This document shows positions 11,445-24,695 of a stretch of 64,000 bases of DNA, in pieces. Source of the DNA: Lingula anatina (taxonomy: Eukaryota > Animalia > Brachiopoda). Position 1 is the stretch's first letter; each line of letters starts with the position of its first letter. Made by a program: the position numbers and the translations under genes. Below the pieces are notes generated by a model. It ran no database searches. It saw only the letters and a list, made by a program, of their open reading frames with translations, and had not been told where the DNA came from. The DNA is taken from contig CM120641.1 of the NCBI GenBank assembly GCA_051362555.1, positions 30,138,401-30,202,400 on the forward strand, read 5' to 3'.

Positions 11445-13930
11445 CATTTTTATATACAGACACAGATGTGTCTGTACATATTGCCATCACCTGCGTCTGT
11501 CGTCGCCGTCGCTGATGCCGTCGCCAATGCCGGCGCCGTGCACTTTCCTTGTTAACATGATAAGTGGAGGGCAGTTTTACTTTTTGGCTTTATATTTACA
11601 GAGCTGATGAATATTCATAAAACGCAGGTCAAGTTCGAAAATCAGCATGATCGGGCCATTATTGTAGAAGTTATGCTGTTTTTTCACTTTTCAGCATATA
11701 TGCAACCCTGTTAACACATTTTAAGGAAAACCGATAGGCCTGTTGTCATGAAACTCACAGGAGTAATCAATCTTACTAAAACACAGGTCAAGTTCGAAAA
11801 TCGGCATGATCGGGCCACTATTTTAGTAGTTATGCTGTTTTTTCACTTTTTAGCATATATGCAACACTGTAAACACAATATAAGAAAAACAGATAGACCA
11901 ATTGTCATTAAACTCACAGGAGTGGTCAATCTTACTAAAATGCAGGTTGACTTTGAAAATTAGTATAATCGGGCCATTGTTTTAGAAGTCATGCTGTTTT
12001 TTCACATTTCCTCAAATTCAATTCTTAGGCATGTTAACAGTCTTATTATTTAATTAATAAGACACATATAAGTGTTTGTTTGACATTTCCTGCATCTTTA
12101 CAACATTGTTAGTTGATTATGCAGAAATGATGGTAAACTTGTTATCGTGTATTGTGTAATAAAGTGTCAAAAATGGAAATAAACTCATATCAGTCAGATT
12201 CAATCATTTACTATGTTCAGAATGTCAGAATGGAGGAAATTGGACATTTGACACAGTTCTATTGATATTTGTCCCATCTCATCAATTTTCTTAGTTGATC
12301 ATATAAAAATGGCAGTAAACTGTTTATGTTTTATATTAAAAAAGTGTTAAAAATGGAAATAAACCCATTTCAGCACAGTGCTGTCTAGTTTTCACTTTTC
12401 AGCATATATGCAACACTGTAAACACAATATACGAAAAACAGACCAATTGTCATTAAACTCACAGGAGTGGTCAATCCTGCTTAAACGCAGGTTGAGTTAA
12501 AAAATCAGCATAATCGGGCCATTATTTTAGAAGTTATGTTGTTTTTTCACATTTCCTCAGATTCAATTCTTAGGCATGTTAACAGTTTCATTATTTAATT
12601 AATAAGATATTAAAAGTGTTTGTTTGACATTTCCTGCATCTTTACAACATTGTTAGTTGATTTTGTAAAAATGATGGTTAATTTGTTATCATGTATTGTG
12701 TAATAAAGTTTCAAAAATGGAAATAAACTCATATCATTGCAGATTGTCAGATTCAATCATTCACTATGTTCAGAATCTCAGAATGGAATATATTGGACAT
12801 TTAACACTGCTCTATTGATATTTTTCCCATCTCATCAATTTTCTTAGTTGATCATATAAAAATGGCAGTAAGCTGTTAATTTTATGTTAAAAATTGTTAA
12901 AAATGGAGAAAAAAAAACATTTCAGAACAGTGCTGTCTTGTTTACATTTTGGCATTTTCAAGTTGTGACTTTGAAGTTCCATGGGCCTGAAGACCTTTGC
13001 TAGTCACATTTTCTGAATATCCATGATACTAATATTTTATTATTAAAAATTGATGGTCATTATGCTGTTAAACATTATGTAATATTGCATCAAAATTTGA
13101 AAAGAACCTACTTTGGGTACTGCTCCCATGATGACCATTTAAGAAAAACCATGTCACTTACTGTTCTCAAACAGTACAGTAAATATGTACAGATGTGTCT
13201 GTACATATTGCCATCACTTGCGTCTGTCGTCGCCGTCAGCGCCGTCACCGGCGCCTTGCACTTTCATTGTAAACACGATAAGTGGAAGGCAGTTTTACTT
13301 TTGGGCTTTATATTTACAGAGCTGATGAATATTCATAAAACGCAGGTCAAGTTCGAAAATCAGCATGATCAGGCCATTATTGTAGAAGTCATGCTTTTTT
13401 TCACTTTTCAGCATATTTCACATATTGGCATTTTCAAGGTGTGACTTTGAAGTTCTACATGCTTGAAGACCCATGCTAGTCACATTTTCTGAAAATCCAT
13501 GATACGTATATTTTATTATTGAAAATTGACGGTCATTATGCTGTTAACCAATAGTAATATTGCATCAGAATAGAAGAAAACAATTATGGGTGCTGCTGCC
13601 ATGATGACCATTATGGGAAAACCATGTTACTTATGATTGCCAAATGTTCAAAAAAGAAATGCAGGACTAAAATGCAACCTAAGTTGGAAAAGTAGTCTAA
13701 TTGGCTTCTTTTTCTGGAAGTTATACATTTTCAAAGTGTGAACTTGAACTCCCATGGGCCTGAAGCCTTATGCTTGTTACACGTTTTACTTACATTGGTA
13801 TTACCTGTTGAGCATAATTAAAATTTGATGTTGAATTTGCAGTTTAACATAATGTACTTTTGCATCAGAATTGACAGAAGCCTATTTTGTGTATAGTTAT
13901 TTCCTGCTTTTTGTCTGTACATTTGACAGC
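11445..13930 (+). mobile_element. Degenerate Helentron-associated (HINE/DINE-like) repeats with ~170-bp internal tandem units; head present twice (~11450, ~13187)
   Basis: T-tract, then palindrome TACAGACAC-AGAT-GTGTCTGTA, then a CGTCGC-type microsatellite, then tandem units (CAGGTCAAGTTCGAAAATC...GATCGGGCCA). Related degenerate units occur at 9100-10260 and 25330-25775. Confidence 0.55.
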
Positions 13931-14301
13931 TTTGCTGCCTTGTAATTTTTTTAAGTTAAAAGTAAACTTTAGAAGCTGAATTCGGGATTCGTAGTATTAC
14001 AGATATGACAAATGTCACACGATAAGAAAGCAAAATTAATAAAACATTTATTCAAATCAACAAATGGTAAATGGTTACAATTGGTGTTTTGCTTTTCAAG
14101 GACCACATACATACCTTTACCACTACTGGATACATTTCATTACTAATATGTTGATTCCTACGTCTGTAGAATTTACATTCCATATTTTACCAGAAAAAGA
14201 GTTTATTTTATTATCTTAGCAACAGAGGTTAGGTAAAACAGTAGTCTAAATTATGCGATCATTTAAACCGTTCAAAATGTCTGGTGGTGTTGTAAAACAT
14301 C

Positions 14302-14496
14302 ATTTGCTCTTTCGAGAAGAGTAGGGTGGATCAGGTAGTTTCTGGATAATCTTTTCAAAACTTATCCAGATTTCATCTTTTGTTGTTGGCCACTTAAACA
14401 TATTATTGCACTTGCCACATTTTGTTGAAAACTTACCAAGTACAGTAAAATCGTTTAAGTCAATTTCTGTTATTTCTCCAATGTAAGATGGTAAGG
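14302..14496 (-). pseudogene. Remnant coding fragment resembling the Tudor/SH3-like C-terminal domain of invertebrate DNA transposases
   Basis: Open frame LPSYIGEITEIDLNDFTVLGKFSTKCGKCNNMFKWPTTKDEIWISFEKIIQKLPDPP with the FKWPxxxDxIW pattern. No start codon; the 5' side ends near a MITE. Confidence 0.5.
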
Positions 14497-14541
14497 TGCA
14501 TGTTAGGATGCATGTAACTCAGGGTTAGCTTCTCTGACTTA

Positions 14542-14767
14542 GGGTGCTTTCCCAGAGATTTAGATCGATCTAAAGATTAAGATTTAGATCGACCTAACTC
14601 CCTGGGGGTTCACGCTAAATTGCAGTCAGCCGAGCGGGCACCATAGTTAATTACCCCCTTACAGCTTTTAGTAGGCGGGACAGACGCTTAAGCCGGCCAA
14701 GCTGACAGTAATCTAGTGAGACTCCCCACAGGGATAGATCGATCTAAAAATCTATGGAAATGGGGTG
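14542..14767. mobile_element. Degenerate foldback MITE (Harbinger/Tourist-like)
   Basis: Inverted ends TTTCCCAGAGATTTAGATCGATCTA / TAGATCGATCTAAAAATCTATGGAAA, flanked by TTA and TAA. Related pieces at 29143-29318 and 30538-30653. Confidence 0.5.
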
Positions 14768-14905
14768 TAATACACTAGTACATGCATGCATAAACATTGT
14801 TTCCCATTAGGTATGAAATGGCAGGTTGACAGGCATGACATGGAAGCCATTAATATACTGCAGCTGTCATTACTGGTTTCAACCTGGCACTTAAAAAGAG
14901 TATTT

Positions 14906-14945
14906 ATAAGATAAGATAAGATAAGATAAGATAAGATAAGATAAT
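14906..14945. repeat. (ATAAG)n microsatellite
   Basis: Direct reading. Confidence 0.95.
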
Positions 14946-15263
14946 AATTTACTAAATAAATAAAATACAAATGTATAAAATTGGGAATCTTTTGCCCTTT
15001 AATAGCTCCATTATCCTAAAAATGTATGCCAAAAGTTTTACCTTCATAGTGTCATTTATAGCCTTCCAGATTAGATTTCTAAATTGGACTTTATGATAGA
15101 TTCATTTCAACAATCTTTGGTTATTACACTATTTTGCTGTTTTCTTTCAATCCAGATAAGTTACAGTTGCATGGATACTTTGTTTAATGTATAACACTGA
15201 AGTACCTTCCTATTACTTTTGACTAGGATAGTAGTATTTCGGTTTGTGGATAAACAGGAATTA

Positions 15264-16743
15264 CGGTAATGTGCCATGAATTTCGTACAGTAGAAAATAA
15301 TTAAATTTGGGAAAAGATCGTTTTAGTTGTAATTCATGAAATGGGGGTGCTCAGAACTTCCAAACGTTAAAATTTCATGGAATTCGGTCAGTTTTGACCA
15401 GAAGTTGTCTGTTCGTCACTAGGCCTTATGTTACCTTCTTTCAACGATCTATTTAGAGTTACCATGATGAATGATGGGTGATTGTCGGTAATTGCGACCC
15501 AAGGGATACACATACTTTCACACGATCACTCTGTACGGCTGAAGGTGCTAGATAACAAGTGTTACTGTTGGCTAGGGACACAAAACAGCATCATTATCAG
15601 TAGTGTCCTTTTTCAAAAGCGAAACTAGCTGGCCTCGGCATTATGGCCTCTCTCTGCTGTGCAGGGAGGCAACTACAACCGCAGATTGATATGTACAGCG
15701 CACAGGTACTGTAGCCTTTACCACAGCAGTCAAACTGTGTATTATGGTCTCTCTCCACCGTGCACTGCAACCAAGATAACTGCTGATTGTTGTCTACAAT
15801 CACATATACTACGGTAGGTCGTTGGGGGGGGGGGGGGGGGGGGGGGTACCCCTAGGTGCAGGGCTCGGTATCCATGGTTGTGTGGTTGCCTTTTACAACC
15901 ACTTTTTTTTTGGTCAGGCAACCCAATCTTGACCAGCAGCTGTCCGACAACACAACTGATTTCCTGGCACATAGTTGCACCAATTTGAAAAGTATGTACA
16001 TTTTATGATTTAAACCATCTTCAAACAAACACGTGAGTGATAATAATCTAGACAAAACCGAAAAGGCAATTTTCATATTTGTTAGCAATCCAAGCAAGAC
16101 AGAAAGGCAATTTTCCTATTTCTTCCAAGGACTTTGTTAGCGGAAGATCGTCACCAGGATATCAACAGCGATCTGAGCGAAACAAGAAGGTAGTTTTCAT
16201 ATTTGTTCAATGGACTTCATAAGCCGGAGATCGTGAACGATCTGAGCGAGACAAGAAAACAATAGTGGTAATCTTTATTGCAGTTTTTAATTGCTTCTTT
16301 TGTTCTGTTACTGAAGTGCCTACTGTTGACAATGCTATTGTTCGCCTCAGCAAAACTACCGATTGCTATCTCACACTGAGTACTCCGGTAAAGAATTGAC
16401 AGTACGACAGTGCAACTCATAATTGATTCTCCTGTTATCTTAATGAATGGTGATGACGATGTTGTTTAGCATCCTAAGCTAACTGTACCAATCATTATCT
16501 TGCCTGGGGCCACACACAAAGTACTCAGGTAAAGGTACGCTAGGGCAACATTGTCGACTGTTAGATCTTTATGAGCGCAAAAATAGCCCAATGGCCGATT
16601 TTAATGTGTACGGAATTCACGAAAATCAAGATTGCGCAAACTTGCTTACTGGTCGAAATTCATGGTCCATAAGAAACTCCAGACGACTGATTTTTAAATT
16701 GTTACACATTTAAGAGCTGTTCGAAATTCATGGCACATTACCG
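15264..16743. mobile_element. Non-autonomous Tc1/mariner/pogo-type element, 1480 bp
   Basis: Perfect 22-bp TIR CGGTAATGTGCCATGAATTTCG and TA TSD (15262-15263, 16744-16745). Subterminal AATTCATG-type repeats; no transposase ORF. Confidence 0.85.
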
Positions 16744-19338
16744 TAAGATGAAAAACTGTATGTAGAATGTGTAACATTCTAATGGGTAGATTGTGAGTTA
16801 TTGCAGAGCATGAATCATGGAAACCAGTTCAGAATGTCTCAGTATTGTCTGCAGATCACCATTCTGTACTATTCCTATCTCAGCAATTGTCTTATTGATC
16901 ATATAAAAATGACCGATAATTGATTATTTTGTTTTGTGTAAAAAAGTGTTGAAAACTCATTTCAGTATAGTTATCTCTTGTTGTTTGTACATTTGACAAT
17001 TTTGCTGCCTTGTTTTAGCATTGTTGAAAAAAATTTTGGTGTTTGTATATTTATCAGCTTTGTTCTCTAGTTTTAATTATTTTCTTTCATGACAAATGCA
17101 AATAAGTTTTAAATATTTTATTTCTTTGAATTTTAGTGTTAGGAAATAGATGTGGTATATTGTCAAAAAAAGGAGAAGATGGACTTAGAGAACTGATATG
17201 ATACACTGTAAGATGTGCTATCCAGGAAGATTGCAGCTTCATGCAGTCACCCCATACTACAGTATTGTTATCTGATGTGCTTTACAAAGTGTGGCTGCCC
17301 TAAGCATCTCAGAGCTTTTAACCACTGTATAACCTGCAGAATAGGCCCAGTCATGAGGGAAGGCAGGTAAGAAAATCATTTTGGTCACTTTACCACCTTA
17401 TAATGCCAGATAAAACTTTGCTGCATATTGTATTCAATTTGGTATCTCTTGTTGTATTATGAAAATTTATTGAGCATTGGCATTTAAACAACAATTGCCG
17501 GAAAGACATTGAACATTGTGACATCAACAATAGTTGTTGTATTATAGGAAGACATTGAACATTGTGACATCAACAATTGCTGTTGTATTATGGAAAGACA
17601 TTGAACATTGTGACATCAACAATTGCTGTTGTATTATGGGAAGACATTGAACATTGTGACTTCGACATTTGCTGTTGTATTATGGAAAGACATTGAAGAT
17701 TGTGACATCAACAATTGCTGTTGTATCATGGAAAGACATTGAACATTGTGACATCAACAGTTACTGTTGTATTATGGGAAGACATTGAACATTGTGACAT
17801 CAACAATTGCTGTTGTATTATGGGAAGCCATTGAACATTGTGACATCAACAATTGCTGTTGTATTATGGAAAGACATCATTATTGTGACATCAACAATTG
17901 CTGTTGTATTATGGAAAGACATTGAATATTGTGACATCAACAATTGCTGTTGTATTATGGGAGGACATTGAACATTGTGACATCAACAGTTGCTGTTGTA
18001 TTATGGGAATACATTGAACATTGTGACATCAACATTTGCTGTTGTATTATGGAAAGACATTGAACATTGTGACATCAACAATTGCTGTTGTATTATGGTA
18101 AGACATTGAACATTGTGACATCAATAGTTGCTGTTGAATTACGGGAATACATTGAACATTGTGACATCAACAGTTGCTATTGCATTATGGGAATACATTG
18201 AACATTGTGACATCAACAATTGCTGTTGTATTATGGGAAGCCATTGAACATTGTGACATCAACAATTGCTGTTGTATTATGGGAAGACTTTGAACATTGT
18301 GACATCAACAATTGCTGTTGTATTATGGGAAGCCATTGAACATTGTGACATCAACAATTGCTGTTGTATTATGGAAAGACATTGAACATTGTGAGATCAA
18401 CAATTGCTGTTGTATTATGGGAAGCCATTGAACATTGTGACATCAACAATTGCTGTTGTATTATGGAAAGACATTGAACATTGTGAGATCAACAATTGCT
18501 GTTGTATTATGGAAAGACATTGAATATTGTGACATCAACAATTGCTGTTGTATTATGGTAGGACTTTGAACATTGTGACATCAACAGTTGCTGTTGTATT
18601 ATGGGAAGACATTGAACATTGTGACATCAACAGTTGCTGTTGTATTATGGGAAGACATTGAACATTGTGACATCAACAGTTGCTGTTGTATTATGGGAAG
18701 ACATTGAACATTGTGACATCAACAGTTGCTATTGCATTATGGGAATACATTGAACATTGTGACATCAACATTTGCTGTTGTATTATGGAAAGACATTGAA
18801 CATTGTGACATCAACAGTTGCTATTGCATTATGGGAAGACATTGAACATTGTGACATCAACAATTGCTGTTGTATTATGGGAAGCCATTGAACGTTGTGA
18901 CATCAACAATTGCTGTTGTATTATGGGAAGACTTTGAACATTGTGACATCAACAATTGCTGTTGTATTATGGGAAGCCATTGAACATTGTGACATCAACA
19001 ATTGCTGTTGTATTATGGAAAGACATTGAACATTGTGAGATCAACAATTGATGTTGTATTATGGAAAGACATTGAACATTGTGACATCAACAATTGCTGC
19101 TATTATGGAAAGACATTGTTATTGTGACATCAACAATTGCTGTTGTATTATGGAAAGACATTGAACATTGTGACATCAACAGTTGCTGTTGTATTATGGA
19201 AAGACATTGAACATTGTGACATCAACAGTTGCTGTTGTATTATGGAAAGACATTGAACATTGTGACATCAACAGTTGCTGTTGTATTAGGGAAAGACATT
19301 GAACATTGTGACATCAACAGTTGCTGTTGTATTATGGG

Positions 19339-22300
19339 TGTAACATTTTATTTGTCTTAAGCGACCACCTCTTATTTTACAATGTTGTAAGCGACTTGAA
19401 TAATACACGTGTGTTCCAGCATGGCGGCTTACAGAGTTAGCACGTTTATGTTACATGGTGTCAGAAGTTGAACTTTTCAAGCTATTAGTGAGTCCTTACA
19501 CATGCCACATAACATTTTTAATTGTGCGAGACACTAATTAAAATGGCGTATGCATTCGAGCAACCCAGTTTCGATTGGGAGTCTAAAAATTTGTACTTGG
19601 AATTTACTCGATTCCGACAGCATGCTGAGCTCGTTTTCAAGGGTCCACTATCACAAACCGATGATAAGATAAGGGCAGGATGGTTAGGCATGTGGATTGG
19701 AAAACAAGGGAGAGAAATTTACAAAACATTCACTTGGGAAGAAGATGAAGAGGATAAACCAGAAGCAATATTCGGCAAGCTTGAAAATTATGTAAGACCC
19801 AGAAAAAACAAACGTGCACAAAGATTTAACCTCCAGAAAAGGAAGCAGGAGGAAGGTGAGACATTTGACAATTTTATAAAAGACATCAGATTGATTCTTA
19901 TGGATTGTGAGTACCAAGACGCTGAAGACATTTTAATTGACTGTATAATACGTGGGGTGTATTATCCTCGAGTTCAAGAGAAACTGTTAGAAAAAGGGGA
20001 AAGACTTACTCTAGCTCAAGCATTAGAAATAGGCAGACAGTATGAGTCATCCCAGCAACAAATGAAGATTCTAAGACCAGAAGTTGAAGTTTCCGCCATT
20101 AATCACAAGTCACATAAGAGTAAGGAAAGCCATGCTAGTAGAAATCCCTCACAAGCCTCTAAGAGACAGGAACACGTACCTTGGAAGCAAAAGAACAAGA
20201 AATGTGGTCAGTGTGGTTTAGATATTGCAACAGCCCATAGAAACAATACTTGCCCGGCAAAAGGAACCAAATGCAGATATTGTAAGAAACCAGACCATTG
20301 GTATTCAGTATGCAGAAAACGAAAAGCCAAGGCAGTACACACTTTACAGGAAAGTGATAATGATGTTTACTATGATGATTCAGTGAGTGAAGATAGCAAC
20401 AATGATCCACTGTACATTCATACAACTGAAGTTGATGATGAAAATGTTGACTCTGTCAGTGCAGCTGAAGATAAATGGATAGTGACACTAGATGTCCAAG
20501 ACAAGCCACTTAAATTTCGTATAGATACTGGAGCAAAATGTAACATTCTAGTGAAAGCTGATTATGAAAAACTTAGTCTTCACAAGAACTTGAACCAAAC
20601 AACTAAAGTTCTTCGCTCCTACTCTAATCACAAGATCCGCCCAATCGGAAAAGCACAGCTTTCAGTGGCATACAATACTACTCAGTTGCCAGTTGACTTT
20701 GAAGTAGTAGACATAGACCAGGAAAATGTCATTAACGGTGAAGTTTCAGAGAAACTTGGGCTCCTCCATAGAGTCAGAGTAAAAAGGTAAACAGTGTAGA
20801 TGATTTCACTGAACTTGCCAAGAACACAGGTACGCTACCAGGCAAGCATACCATAAAGATAGACCCAACAGCAAAGGGAGTTATACATCCAGCCAGACGA
20901 CAGCCAGCATCACTGAAGCCACGCATCGTAGAGAAATTACAGGAAATGGAATCAGATGGCTTCATTACCCGAGTCCATGAGCCAACTGAATGGGTCAGTT
21001 CAATGGTTGTTTCATTAAGAAATGATAAAGTGAGAATCTGTATAGACCCATGTGATTTGAACAATGCAATCAAAAGAGAGCATCATCCACTGAAAACTAT
21101 TGAAGAAGTTGTAGCTAGTATTCCAAAAGCCACAGTGTTTTCTGTGTTAGACGCCACACAGGGATTTTTGCAGATACAGCTTGATGAGCAGTCATCCTTT
21201 TTGACTACTTTCAACACTCCAATTGGCAGGTACAGATGGCTTCGCCTACCCTTTGGTATTTAATCAGCGCCAGAAATCTTTCAGAGAATCATGGATGAAA
21301 TGCTTGAAGGCATAGAAGGTGCCACAGCTATAATGGATGACATATTGATAGCAGGCACAGATCGTGAGCATCATGATTCGATTTTCAAGAAGGTTATTCA
21401 GAGAGCTACTGAATACAACCTAAAGCTCAATTTTGATAAGTGTCAGGTGCGTCAGCCCAGAGTTCAGTATGTGGGACATATCCTCACAGCAGAGGGCCTG
21501 AGCCCAGATCCAGAAAAAGTGCACGCAATAACTGAGATGACACCACCCACAGATAAGGATGGAATACGAAGAATACTTGGTCTTGTACAGTATCTAGCCA
21601 AGTTCATACCAAACCCGAGTCAGGTGGATGCCCCACTGAGAGCATTATTGAAGAATGATGTGTCATTCAAGTGGGAACATGAGCAACAAGCAAGTTTTGA
21701 GGAACTCAAACACTTGTGTAGCACACCGCCTGTATTAGCTTATTATGATGTGAACAAGCCCGTAGAGATTCAGTGTGATGCATCAAGAAGTGGACTAGGG
21801 GCAGTGCTAATACAAGATGGCCGACCTATAGCATACACGTCACGTTCTCTTACTGATGTTGAAATGCGTTATGCTCAAATAGAGAAGGAAATGCTCGCCA
21901 TTGTCCATGGAGCTATAAAATTCCACTGCTACATCTTCGGTAAGGAAACAACAGTGTACACAGACCACAAGCCATTAGAGAGCATTCTTAAGAAGCCATT
22001 ACTGTCAGCTCCAATGAGATTGCAGAAGATGTTGCTACGTCTACAGTGGTACAATCTCAATGTTGTATACAGGAAAGGCAAAGATATGGTGGTAGCAGAT
22101 ACATTGTCGAGAGCATACTTACCAGACACCAGTTCTGACGTGACAGGACTAGATGATATATGTTTAATTGATATGATCTCTGTGAGCAGCGAGAGATACT
22201 CTGATATTAGAACAAGAATGCAAAGAGAGCTACAGCCTCTATACAACACAATTGTTCAAGGATGGCCAGATACGCGTAGAGAGACACCTTATGAAATTAG

Positions 22301-24031
22301 AAATTTCTGGGACTCCAGAGACCAATTGTCTGTGTTTGATGGTGTAATCTACAAAGGCCTCAGAATAGTTATTCCACCGTCATTACAGAAGTACATGCTT
22401 AGCTTGATACACGAGTCACATCTTGGAGTTGTGAAATGCAAACAGCGTGGAAGGGAAGTCATGTTTTGGCCTGGAATGAATATGGAAATTGAAAACATGG
22501 TGAGAGACTGCACAAAATGTTCTGAGTATCAAAACAGGTTACCCGCAGAACCATTGAAACCGACCGTCCCTCCAGATCTACCCTATACTGAAGTTGGTTG
22601 TGACATATTTGACTTTGGAGCAAAGAAGTACCTACTTCTCATTGATTACTATTCAAAGTACATTGATGTTGTAGAACTGAATGCCGCAACTACAACTGCC
22701 ACAATCAATGCTATGAAATATGTGTTTAGTTGTCATGGCATACCTCTTAAAATCAGATCAGACAATGGACCACAGTTTAGTTCATGTGAATTCAAACAAT
22801 TTTGCAAAGTGTATGATATTGAACATATGACCTCCAGTCCTCAGTACCCAGGTTCAAATGGGGAAGCTGAGAGAGCTATTCAAATTGTGAAGAAAATGTG
22901 GAAAAAATGTGATGACAAGTATCTTGCTCTACTCAACTACAGAACTACACCTTTGGAAGGCATAAACTTGTCCCCTTCGCAGTTGTTAATGGGACGCAGA
23001 CCTAGAAACACACTGCCTGCAGCTCGAAATCTGTTAAAACCACAGGCATATAACCAACGAGAGGTGAAACGTCATTTTAGCCAGGAGAAACTAAAGCAGA
23101 AATATTATTATGATCAAAGGAAAGGTGCTAAAGAACTGAAAGCTTTCAACCCTGGAGAACATGTGAGAATGCAGCCTCATCCAGGTTCAAAAACATGGGC
23201 ACCAGCCATTGTTGTTAAACGTCATACACATCCAAGATCATACATAGTGGAAGGAAATGACCGTGTATACAGACGTAATCGTCAGCACTTAAGATCATCA
23301 ACAGAAAAAGCACATCACTATAACCCTAATTTTGTTGACTTGGAGCCATGTGATGAGCCATTACATTCACCTATCAAGGATCAGCATTAGTACCTGAGGA
23401 GACCGTATCACCAACCCGAGATATTGTCAAGGATCAGTGTAAAACACCAACAAAAACAGTGACACCAGCAATTAATACCCCAAGGATTGTAACAAGATCT
23501 GGTCGTGTGGTGAAACCGCCAGACAGATTAAATTTATAACTTGTGTTTTGTGAACGATTCAGTATTAATTTAATACTACATGTGGATTTTCATGTGGACT
23601 TGCTTTAAAGCAGTTTTAAGTTATGATGCAAAGACTCAGCCAAAGACTTTTCTTTAATTTTCTTTTCTTTCATTTAAATGGACTGTTAAAGACATTCATG
23701 TGGAGCATGAAATGATTTTAAGTTAAAGTAAAAAAAAAATTTACAAAAGGACTAGAAGATCAGAGACTCTGAATGCTCTTCTCACATTGAACATTGAAAG
23801 ACTTTAAGTTAAAGTGAACACTCACAAAGAACTGTGAACACCAAAAACAGAATTTATTTTAATTTAAATGCATTTATTTACTTTATTAATCTTAGTTGAT
23901 TATAAAGAGGGAGATGTAACATTTTATTTGTCTTAAGCGACCACCTCTTATTTTACAATGTTGTAAGCGACTTGAATAATACACGTGTGTTCCAGCATGG
24001 CGGCTTACAGAGTTAGCACGTTTATGTTACA
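19339..24031 (+). mobile_element. Full-length Ty3/Gypsy LTR retrotransposon (Mag-like)
   Basis: Identical 117-bp TG...CA LTRs (19339-19455, 23915-24031), 5-bp TSD ATGGG, PBS TGGTGTCAGAAGT (tRNA-Leu-like, 19456-19468), PPT AAAGAGGGAGA (23904-23914), and gag-PR-RT-RH-IN order. Confidence 0.97.
19543..23539 (+). pseudogene. Gag-Pol polyprotein with frameshift ~20780, stop at 21261-21263 and frameshift ~23385
   Basis: Twin CCHC knuckles, protease IDTGA, RT LPFG / IMDDILI, RNase H CDAS...EKE...TDHKPL, integrase HHCC and D..SDNG..E. The C-terminal TRSGRVVKPPDRLNL* lies in a shifted frame. Confidence 0.93.
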
Positions 24032-24098
24032 ATGGGAAGACATTGAACATTGTGACATCAACAGTTGCTGTTGTATTATGGGAAGACATTGATCATTG

Positions 24099-24695
24099 TA
24101 TCATAGAGGTGATTTCATGGCCAAATTTAATTTCAGAAAATCCCTATTTTAGTTCAAGTTATATGTAATTAAATTATATTTAGATGTCTTAAAATTATAT
24201 TAAGTGAATATTTAAGTAAATTACATTAAACTTCTACACAAATCAAGTCAGATGTCAGCGTATAATAAATGTATTTAGATGTCCAAGTTAAAATTACATT
24301 AAAGTTCTGCAGGATGTTTTCAGGACTGAATAACTTCATTTATGGCTTCATCTTCTATTTAAAGTTTAAATCAGCCTTGGTCTAATTGTGTTAAAGGTCT
24401 CCTGCAGTATGTCTTAATTCTGTTAACTGGCTTCAATATCTCTGACTTGTTAAGGAATCACTGTAATGTAATGTAATTGTCCTTATGTATTAGTATATAA
24501 GGAGAAGAATTTGCAATATACTGTCATTAGAGTCTTGTGTCTTCACGTGAAGTAGTCAGAAGTAGTGTAGAGTAGAACATATAGTCAGCAGATAGAAGTG
24601 GACCAGTGACACCAATACCTGGATTGTACAGAATAAAGGTAGAGATCACACAGATTGTAGTGAGTCTCTAGAAACGTAACAACGGCTTGGTGTTA
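24099..24695 (+). mobile_element. 597-bp solo-LTR-like insertion with 4-bp TSD
   Basis: Interrupts one minisatellite monomer and duplicates ATTG (24095-24098, 24696-24699). Ends TATCA...TGTTA; TATATAA at ~24495 and AATAAA at ~24632. Confidence 0.6.

Noticed and set aside
17153-17366. Exon-like segment ending CAG|GTAAG
   Set aside because: Stops in the frame I read and no recognisable homology; cannot be assigned to HEATR3.
20770-20795. Programmed ribosomal frameshift in the Gypsy element
   Set aside because: No proper X XXY YYZ heptamer, it lies after the protease, and a local AGAGT duplication suggests an indel. Mag-like elements usually have a single ORF.
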